From Perkinsus chesapeaki ATCC PRA-425 (Eukaryota; Protista; Perkinsozoa), in assembly GCA_013115145.1 (NCBI GenBank), contig JAAPAO010000064.1, positions 1-64,000 on the forward strand: 64,000 bases of DNA, in the 5' to 3' direction. Below the pieces are notes generated by a model, which ran no database searches, was not told the origin of the DNA, and was given only the letters and a program-made list of their open reading frames with translations. The number at the start of each line of letters is the position of its first letter. Position 1 is the first letter of the stretch. Positions 48,669-58,019 of the stretch are shown here, in pieces. Both the position numbers and the translations under genes were made by a program.

Positions 48669-50402
48669 ATGCCAAGCATATCAACGCTTCTCCGTGGTCC
48701 TCTGGTGGTCAGCGTTCTGTCGTCTATATTGGTCTTGTTTTATCGGTGGCCGGTCTACTTCCCGTCGGTCCAACTTGACCTCCCCCTGGTCTTGGTCGCG
48801 CTGCCCTCGGGCTCGCTTTGTAGTCATCCGGAGCTCCCCTCTCGGCAAGGCCCTCCCTACTGTAACGATCCCCTCCGAGGCGTCCTAGGGACCATCTGTC
48901 CGCTCAACGACTGTGAGGCCGAATGCCAGGCTGATCCTTGGTGTCGCCGGCAACGGTCGCGCTACCGCCTCCTCGAGCCCACGATCACCTCAGACGGAGT
49001 GCTCCGGGTCGGAGTTGTTGGCCCTTCTCGTCAAAGCGTGGTGACCGGCAAGCTGGGTTGCAATGACGAGCTCTTTGGTGTGATTAGAGGCCCTGCGATT
49101 CTCCCTTTGGACTTCGTCCCTGCTTCGAGCCCGTTGGTCGCCGTTGGTGAGGAGTGCCACTACTCTGCGGTCGCACGGCTCATCGTCGGCGGCCGGTACT
49201 TGATGTCGGTCTCTGTGGAGCGCCTCGCTGACCATGCCTCGCTCGAGCCGGAGGTGTCTCTGCCAGACCGGAAGATGGTTTGTTCTGAGTTGTCCGAGCA
49301 CCCTAGCAGGGTGGCATCTTTGGAGATGTTCTGGCCATTGAACGCTACAAGCGCATATCTTGGGGCTGAGGTCCTTCCCCGGCTGAGTCTGATAGACGTT
49401 AATGTTCCTCCGCTGGTCGGCTGCGGTAGGTTGTCCGAGGCTGAGCCGCAGTGGTTGCATTACACTGTGGTGGCTGATGTGGTGAAGATCTGTGGTGTCG
49501 ACGTCGAAGAGTATGACCTCTCTGACAACTACATTTGGTTTAGTCCGAACCGAAGTCCTGCTTTTCTCAAATCTGACGAGCGGCTGAAAGCTCTGGGTGA
49601 TCGGAAGGTCCTTTTTATCGGCGACTCTACTGTTGAGGATATCTGGCGGTTATGGTCTAGCAAGCATCTGAACGCTGTGTACGAGAAGGTTTGGGGCACA
49701 TATGAGTTCATGTACTCCTCCGAGTCGAACCCTTTCATGTGTGGAGAGGAGACTATGTTGGCCGGGGGTTGGCGAAGCGTGAAGGCTGTGGCGGACAGGG
49801 TGGCCGAGGTTGAACCTGCTGTAGTCATCTTGGGTGAGAATCTTCACACTCTGAAGAAAGTTGGTTTGGCTAGTTATCGGTCGCTGCTGCGGAAGCTGTT
49901 CGGGGCGGTACGTGGGGCTTGCAGCAATTGTGTGTTAGTTTTCAAGCCGACGACTCAGCCATCGGGGCGGCGGTGCGGTTGCTCGGAGGACATGGAGGTA
50001 TCTAGGTGCGCATTTGATTTGTTTTACGGTCGGGAACGGCTTCGTCGAGCGAATGAAATGGCGAGCGAGATCGGACGAGAGTTTGGTGTTGTTACTGTTG
50101 ATGATATCTATAAGGTAAGCTTGGCGAGGCCAGAACTGTCCAGGGATGGCATACACTGGTCGAAGTCTTTCTTCCCGTGTCCCGAGGAAGAGGGGTGCAG
50201 TGCAGCGGCCTGTGAGGACTATGCAGCTGGCAATTGGCAGCCTGAGCCTCTGGGGGCGGCGGTGTCGAATAGGAGCACATCTGTCAACCCGGCGGCTTCT
50301 CGGCGGAAGAACTTTTATCGAGATTTGTATCCGGAGTCGGTCTTGGCCGTGAGCGCTGGGCTGATTGAAGAGGTTATTGCTGCTGAGTTGATGATGCATT
50401 AA
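48669..50402 (+). CDS. SGNH/PC-esterase-family (TBL/NXPE-like) acyl-esterase/acyltransferase, type II membrane anchor, intronless
   Basis: N-terminal hydrophobic LVVSVLSSILVLFYRW; KVLFIGDS (GDS) and C-terminal DGIHW (DxxH) catalytic motifs. Confidence 0.75.
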   Translation: MPSISTLLRGPLVVSVLSSILVLFYRWPVYFPSVQLDLPLVLVALPSGSLCSHPELPSRQGPPYCNDPLRGVLGTICPLNDCEAECQADPWCRRQRSRYRLLEPTITSDGVLRVGVVGPSRQSVVTGKLGCNDELFGVIRGPAILPLDFVPASSPLVAVGEECHYSAVARLIVGGRYLMSVSVERLADHASLEPEVSLPDRKMVCSELSEHPSRVASLEMFWPLNATSAYLGAEVLPRLSLIDVNVPPLVGCGRLSEAEPQWLHYTVVADVVKICGVDVEEYDLSDNYIWFSPNRSPAFLKSDERLKALGDRKVLFIGDSTVEDIWRLWSSKHLNAVYEKVWGTYEFMYSSESNPFMCGEETMLAGGWRSVKAVADRVAEVEPAVVILGENLHTLKKVGLASYRSLLRKLFGAVRGACSNCVLVFKPTTQPSGRRCGCSEDMEVSRCAFDLFYGRERLRRANEMASEIGREFGVVTVDDIYKVSLARPELSRDGIHWSKSFFPCPEEEGCSAAACEDYAAGNWQPEPLGAAVSNRSTSVNPAASRRKNFYRDLYPESVLAVSAGLIEEVIAAELMMH

Positions 50403-50523
50403 CATGATAATGATAATGTGTGTCTTCATTTCTAATTAGCCAGTGTGTTGAATTAACCAATAGGCTGCCTAGAGGAGGGCTTATGCTTGCCAAGCTATTA
50501 GCATATTATCGTACACGCAAATC

Positions 50524-52895
50524 ATGACTGTCGAGATACCCACGTCGACCGTCCCCACTGAACGTCAGAGACCTAATGCAACCTTGGCGCCGTGGTTTGA
50601 GGGCTATCACCAGCCCCAGACCGTGGCCGATGCTGCTGCTACTGGGCAGCCAAAGTCAAGTCACTATGAGAAGAACAAGTCGCAGGAAGGGGCCCTTGAA
50701 GGCTTTCCTCCAGTGCAAGCTAATATCCAAGAACCATATCATAGGTAGGTGACAGCTGGGTGACGCGTGGTCATTATTTTGATCAGATCACACACCGCCG
50801 TAGAAAACGATTTCATCAGTATTCTATCCGGAACCAATTTCGACGAGTCCCCGCCGCCGCCGAGACCGGCCACTCCGACTGATGTTGAGGCTGTGGCCAG
50901 TCAGGCGGCTGCTATGATTGAGGAGGTCCTCGCTGGTGGAGGAGGGGACGCTAAGGGTAAGGGGGAGGCCTGCTGCTACGGCGGTGAGGGAGGCTGGTGA
51001 GCAGGTTTGATCGGAGAACTTGTCCAGAATTCGGACACTCTGTGCGCTCTTCTTGGCGAGCTGGAGCGTCCAGCTCAGACTGCTCAGGCCAATCCATGTA
51101 GGTTGGGTGGTATCATTGCTGCTGTTGATGAGCCTGCTTGGTTCAGGGTCAACCCCGCAGGTTACCGAACATTGTTTTTGTAAGTTGCTTATCACTCATA
51201 AGCAAGCCGGTGCCATTATTGGCAAAAACGGCGCTGAGATCGCCGCCATGGAGAAGGTACGGACATAAAGTCATTAGTTTTTATTTATGACCTTTCTTCA
51301 GGCTGCTCATGTGACCGCTAAGGTGTCCCCGGGCGGCAGCTACTTTCCTGGCACCACCGACCGTATCATGGTCCTCTCGGGGAAGGGCCACAGCATCCGT
51401 GCGGTGAGTCGACAGCAGTCTTGTGTGGGTTTTAGTACAGTGGCGTGGTCAGGCTCTGCACGAGGTTGTTAACAAATTCGATTACTGCAATCAAGTTGCT
51501 CAGGCCCAGGAGGACGCCAAGTCCACGTTCCTTGGAGCAACTAACGTATGAACCGAGGCACCGCCTCGCTGATGCCAAACGGTCTCTCGATCAGGTTGTT
51601 AGTCGTCCTCGCCCCCTGCCGATGGTCCTGCGTATGGTGGTGCCCAACTCCAGTGTGGGGACTTTAATGGGCAAGCAGGGCAGAGATATAAGGTAGTAGC
51701 CTTACCGCCGCCAAAGGCGAGCTTTATTGCTCTCTTTGCTTAGACAATTGGCTATAACCTGCGGAGTCCACATACAGATTTCACCGAGGCTGACAGGCGT
51801 GCTTGAGGTGAGCTGGTCTTGTTGTTGGCACCGAGTGACCAGTGTGCGTTCAGCGCGTCGTCAACATCACAGGAGCGAGTCACCAGTGCATGCTGGCTGG
51901 CTGCTCTATCGTCGAGGTGATTCGCCATAATCCACACGTCATCGAACATTCTAACGTGCTGGTAAGCATTGCCTCGGATACCTAGGATTGAATCACCACC
52001 ATGCTCTTAGATATACACACCATATCAGCACAGACTCGCCGCCAAGCAGGCCGAGTCCTTCAGAGACTACCACATGGCCGCTAACAACGATTCTCCAAGG
52101 GAGAGTCCGTTTGACCCCTCCCCGTTCGCCAGGTAGGCATCTAACTTGAGCGTTCTCGCTTCACAAGTTTCATTTTTTCAGCACTGCTGCCGACGGTGAC
52201 GCCCTATCTCGTCGTGGGTTGATGAGCAAACTGCTGGCCAAGAAACGCGAGGAATCCCCTCCTATTGTTCGTGAAGCGAGATCGGTCAACGAGAACCTTC
52301 CTCCTCACATCGCCGCTGAAGAGAGACTAAGATGTCATGTGCGCTCGGAGATCCAGACCAATCTGGTGAAGGAGGCCAGAGTCAGGGCGGCCAGGCTTGA
52401 GAAAGAGCTCGGACCGTCCCTGTTGGGATTGGGACCCCGCGCGGAGATCAACCTCATGGTCCAGGCAGCTAACTCAAGGGTGACCGACGAGGATCAGCAG
52501 CACACCTATTCCGGCGGAGGACCACTGGCTCGTGAGACCGCCGAGTTGTACAGAAGACTCTGTGGCGAGGATGACGGAGGGAGAGTTTGCGGGGTGCCCG
52601 AGGTTATGATGACTAACGACACAGCTACAGCTATCACCGTGGCCGTGCCGGCCGTAACCTCCGGCGGCGGGGGAAGTTCGAGTTCGAGCAACATCAGCCC
52701 TGATCGCAGCAGCGCTGGTGATGGGAAGCCTAAGAAGGGCGAGTTCGCCGACTCCACTTGCAGTGAGTCCTCCATGAGATTCCTGGCCGCAGCTGGTGAG
52801 TGAGGCTGTGAGAGATTGTGTATGATGTATTCGCAGGTATTCCCGTGCCCCTTCCAGCGGTGAATGAGCAAGCTGCTGGGCATCATCAAGAGTAG
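50524..52895 (+). CDS. Nova-like KH-domain RNA-binding protein, multi-exon
   Basis: KH1 CKLLITHKQAGAIIGKNGAEI...SYFPGTTDRIMVLSG; KH2 LRMVVPNSSVGTLMGKQGRDIR...RVVNITG. Confidence 0.8.
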
Positions 52896-53815
52896 AGCCT
52901 CGATGAAGATGTGAAGAATGAAGCTTGTTTATGAGGCTGCTCTGCCTCTTGCATCTCTAAGATCGCCAATGCGATGCACTTGCGAGATGCTGGCTTATTA
53001 TTTACTATTATTTTTGTCTATTATTTCCGCCTATCTTTATTAACCCTTTCTATTGAATGGGGCCTATGCTGCCTCCTAGAGGCATCTCACGCCTTCTCGG
53101 CGCTTCTTAGTGCTGCCGAATCGGCTGGTAGTGATGATAATTACGATGATCCTATTGTTCTAACTGAACTCGCACCCTCGCTGGAGGGTCCCAAACTTTT
53201 TGCTGTGCCCTTGTATTAGTCCAGCGCAGCGCAGGGGCGCCGGCGACGGCATCAGCAATGGTTATTCTTTATTGAGTAATTACGGCAGCGGTAACAGTAT
53301 AAGTTGCTGCCTGCTTACCCCTGCTAGTATTGAAGCCGAGTAGTCCTCCTCTTATTATTAGTAGCACTCCTCGATAACGTATGCTTTCCTAGCAGTAGGA
53401 ATGACAGGCGTGTTGTATAGATTAATGATGATGATTTTTAATGCTGTTTAGTAACGTATAAGATGTCCCTTAAGGACAGCAGTATAGTGTGATGATGCAT
53501 GATGATGATTATGGTTATGATGGTCTTACCACATGGTGAGCCACCGTGTCAGCAGCAGCTCTTACTGTTGTGTTATTATGCCCTGCTGTGGAGGATAAGG
53601 GACGGAGCAATCAATGGAGGAGACAACGAAAGCGATCGATAATTCCCGGGTGTTTGAGGAACTTTACGCAAGAAATTACTGCAGAAAATCTCCCGAAATT
53701 TCCTGAAATTTTTGGCAAATTATCGTTTTCTGGATTGATCTTGTATATCTTATTTCTGCGTCTTCAGTCGATATCCCATTTGATTGATCCGTGCGGGTAT
53801 CGCATCATCGCGTTG

Positions 53816-55162
53816 ATGCCTCCTCCTAGCCTGCAATTGAAATCCTTATCAACTGAGTCGTTGTTGGCACCTGACTCCGAGGAGGAGGAGGAAGAGTGAG
53901 CGTGCTTTGGTATTGCTGGAACACACACGTGTTAGGGCGACCGACTTGAAGCCTCGAAACGACTCCTCCATTGATTGGCGGAAGACCAGCACCATTTCGA
54001 CCATCGGCAGTCTGTCAGGTCTTAACGGTAAGCTACCTCCCTGACGTATCCCGATTTGGCTGTGTTAGGCAGCGAGAGTCTCTTGGAGGCGTTGGCCGGC
54101 CTGCAGGCAGCGGTGGAGCGCAGTAATGATTTAACGGCGACGCAGCTGCAACCGGCAGCGAGAAGAAGTGGGCATGTCACAGGCGAGGGAGGATTAGGGT
54201 GGTTATTAGGTTCGGTAGTGAGCCCTTTGGCGGCGGCAACGGCGGAGCAGAAGGCTGAGATATTGATAGAGAAATACAGGGAGAGGCTGGATGCTGAGAA
54301 TGAGATAGGCGTTACTGCAGCACTCATAGCAGGTGGGCCTGCGGTGTTACTCCATTTTACCCGCGTGACCTCTAATGATCTAGTTTCGTGCGGCTGGTAC
54401 CAAACCTAGTTGACCCACCTACTCATATACTATTCAGTACTTAGTAAACAGAAGATGCACAAGCAGCTGATAAGTATCGATAGTCGACGGCAGAAAATGT
54501 GACGCAGCATAATATAGCATATTGCCGATATACCCTTTCAACGACGCAGGGTCGAACTTCACAAGCCGCATCATCATCACCCTTCAGGTTTCTCCCTCTC
54601 TATGTTGACAGCAGTCGACCCAAAGATATTCGAAGTGTCTCCTTTACTATACATCTACGTCCTTCTCCTGTCATTTGTCGGCGGCTTTAATATGCTTAAC
54701 GTCATCATATCGAGCTTCGTCTACTTCACTGGTCACAGGATACTCTCCAAGACTCGAAAGGGCCCCAGGGACAACGCTCGAGATTTCGTCGCCTTCTGGG
54801 ACAACGGTACGTACGCCTTCCTCAGGCGGCTCAGCCGGGACTACTTCGTTCTCTCGATACCAATGTTTCTATTTGCCGTTGGAGTCCAACTAGTTGCGGT
54901 GATGCCGTTGCCCCTCGGCGCCACCGCCTTCATTGTCCTATTTCTTCTCGGTGCGCTGGGATTCAAGTGTTCCAACTTGCTCCAGGAGAGCATGGGGGCC
55001 AAGCCGCTCCGAGCGGCCACAGTCGAGTCGGCTCAGGTGGTCCTGTACTTCCTGAGAAAACTAGCAGCCCGATACGGCCTAGCGCAGCAGGTGGCGGAGG
55101 AGGAGCTCGGTATCCACCAGACTTTGCGGTCCTCCTGGAGTTTTACCAAGAAAGAGCTTTGA
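53816..55162 (+). CDS. 4-TM membrane protein with Orai/PGG-like helical pattern; multi-exon
   Basis: Splicing near 54331-54587 joins EIGVTAALIAG to FSLSMLTAV; further hydrophobic helices LLYIYVLLLSFVGGFNMLNVIISSFVYF, YFVLSIPMFLFAVGVQLV, LGATAFIVLFLLGALGF. Confidence 0.6.
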
Positions 55163-55612
55163 GACATTCTCGTATGATATATAAAATCGCTTCATTGCAA
55201 TGTACTGTTGTTGTTAAGGTTCTCTGTTGTCGTGTACTTTGTTGTGTTCATCTGCCTAAACTGTCCCTGCATGTGGTTGGGATTTTCCCAACCAGAGGTC
55301 TAGCGTTCGAGCACTTCGAACCAGTCGAGAGAACAATCCCTGAAGTTCATTCTACGTCTCGGGAAAACCGTTTCAATATGCTCATTTTCGTGGGACCCTG
55401 GGTTGAGGCTTTGAGATCGAGGCAACCGGAACAGTTGAAAATGTTGGGAGGCTCGGCAATTGGTGAAGAACGAAGACCATCGCCGTACTGTCCGTTCGAT
55501 GATGCTGCCACTATGAGTTAGGCCGTGCCAGTAGCAACTGCGAGTACTGCCGCGTTGTGGACGGAGGTCTCATTACTTTATATCTTCATTCAGCTTCTGC
55601 TTGCTTTGTTAC

Positions 55613-57879
55613 ATGACTGAGAGGAGGAGCGCTAGAGTTGCTGCACAGGTTGCTGCGCGGGCCGAGGTGGGTAAGCAACCTCCGGCAGTTGCTAGTCCAG
55701 TGGAGCATGCCAAGCCGAGGGCCAAGACTAAGGCCAAAGCGAAGGCTAAGGCCGAGGCTGCCGTGGGTGAGCCTCCTACTAAAAGGGGAAAAATTAAAGT
55801 AGAAGATGAAGAGGTGGAGAAGAAAAGGGCCGATACTGTAAAGGCCAAACCGGGCAAGAAGAAGGCCAAGCCCGAGAAGCCAGCTGTGGCCAGGCCGCCA
55901 GTGGACGAGCATTGCCCTAAGGCTGACCAGTACAGGGTCTATATTGACGAGGAAGGAATTGTCTGGCATGCTTTGCTGAATCAAACTAACTTGAAGCAGA
56001 ATAATAACAAGTACTTTAAGATCCAGGTGTTGGAGGATACGAAGAAGTGTGGGCACTACATTGCATGGTTCCGCTGGGGGAGGGTGGGCTACACTGGGCA
56101 GATGACGAGCAAGGGGAGCAACTTGGAAGAAGCCAAGGAGGCATTTGAGAAGAAATTCGCCGATAAGACTTTGAATGACTGGCATGCAGTGGCGACAGGC
56201 CAAGAGCCCTTCAGCCCGAGAGCCAACAAGTGAACCGCCGCTGTTTCCTTAGGTACTGCGTAGGGCACTGTGGTTGTGTGTAGGTATACCTATGTCGAAC
56301 AGGACTTCTCAGGAGGGCCTCAGGAAGAGCCGCCTAAGAAAGGCGATGAAGCGAAGCCTGAAATCAAGGTGAGAACGGTGAGGGCACATGAGGTGGCACG
56401 TAGTGGCAGGTCGAGGATACGAAGCTTGACGAGCAAGTCTACGAGTTAATTCGAATGATATGCGACCGTCAACTTATGGTTGACCACATGAAGGCTTCGG
56501 GGGTTGATGTCAATAAGATGCCATTGGGGAAGATATCAGAGGATATGATCAAGAAGGGCTATGAGGCGCTCCAAGCCATCGAGGAGGAGCTGGCCAAGCC
56601 CAAGCCGAGCCGCTCGAATCTTTTGGACCTCAGCGGCCGCTTCTACACCGTCGTCCCGCACGATTTCGGCTTCCAGAAGTAAGGGAGACGGCGGCGTGCG
56701 CGGAATTTCGAGCGGCTGGTCCTCCAGGATGCATTATTTCGTTATTGATTCTGCGGACGTACTGAAGCAGAAGATGCAACTCTTGGAGGACCTCCAGGAT
56801 ATGGGCAAGGCCAATGAGGTAGTCCAGTAATGCCATGAAATAGCTGATGCACTGCGGGGGGTGTAGGTTATGGACGACAACATGCCGACAGCAGTCAAGG
56901 GCGAGGAGCCGGAAGTGACTGTTCCTAACCCAGTTGATGTTCAGTATCAGAGGTGGCCCATGACTTGTGGAGCCCGGCAGCTGTCCATGATGATCTCAGG
57001 CTACACTGCGATTTGGAACCATTGAAGCCCGAGGACGAGGAGTTCAAGATGATTGAAGGATATATGCGAAACACACACGCTCCGACCCATGACGATTTCA
57101 CCGCCAAGCCAGTTGCTATATTCAAAGCCCGTAAAGGAGGCGAAGAGGAGCAATGGGCTAAGGAGTGCCCGAAGGAAGCCAAGAAGGATAGAATGTTACT
57201 TTGGCATGGTTCAAGGCTTACCAATTGGTGTGGTATCCTGAGCAGTGGCCTCCGCATCGCTCCGCCAGAAGCGCCGGTGACAGGCTATATGTTTGGCAAA
57301 GGCTTATACTTCGCGGACTCCTTCAGCAAGAGTGCAAATTATTGTTTTGCTACACAGAATAAGAGTAGGGGGTTGATGGTCCTTTGTGATGTAAGTGGGA
57401 GTGTAGACCAGGGGTAATGAAATCAACAATCCAAGCCCGTCTAGCTCAGTCGGTAGAGCGCAAGGCTCTTAACGTTGTGGTCGTGGGTTCGAGCCCCACG
57501 GTGGGTGTTTATATATTCATTCAGGTCGCTTTGGGTCGCTCCCGTCTATGTACCGAAGCAGACAGCCGAGCTGCTTCCAAACTTGGAAAAGGGAAGAACG
57601 CCTGCTACTCAACAAAGGGTGTGGGGCGGAGCGGCCCCGATCCGAAAGACTTGCTTGTCACTAAGGATGGGCTTAAGGTCAGGGGCACGTTCGGTTGGTA
57701 ATTGTATGAATTTAAGCCTGCTTTAGGTGCCTTTGGGTAAAATGATTGAACTTCCAGAAGAGAAAGATAAGCAGCTGTCTCTTCTATATAATGAGTATAT
57801 CGTATATAACACGAGTCAAGTGAGGATGAAATACCTAGTAGAGATTGATTTCACCTTCAACACTAGCAGCATGTGGTGA
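55613..57879 (+). CDS. PARP: poly(ADP-ribose) polymerase, PARP2/3-type (K/A-rich N-terminus, WGR, regulatory and catalytic domains)
   Basis: [22 protein letters not shown]...WFRWGRVG; MPLGKIS; [10 protein letters not shown]; [11 protein letters not shown]...[12 protein letters not shown]...SANYC; [10 protein letters not shown] (H-Y-E triad). Confidence 0.95.
57435..57507 (+). tRNA. trnK-CUU: tRNA-Lys(CUU) inside PARP intron 57391-57524
   Basis: 73-nt cloverleaf GCCCGTCTAGCTCAGTCGGTAGAGCGCAAGGCTCTTAACGTTGTGGTCGTGGGTTCGAGCCCCACGGTGGGTG; intact A and B boxes; G30:G40 mismatch and G1:U72. Confidence 0.85.
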
Positions 57880-58019
57880 TATGCTACTGTGTGCCGCCCC
57901 AAGTGCTTCCCGTATAGTATAAGCATCACTCAATTAGTTTCATGGCTCTCCAGGTTTACGTTGCGGTTATTGCTGGTGAATTATAGCTCCGGCTTCTCAG
58001 TTGATGTCCCTTTTGTGTC

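Noticed and set aside
57417-57701. 94-aa [30 protein letters not shown]...
   Set aside because: Spurious translation through the intronic tRNA into a PARP exon
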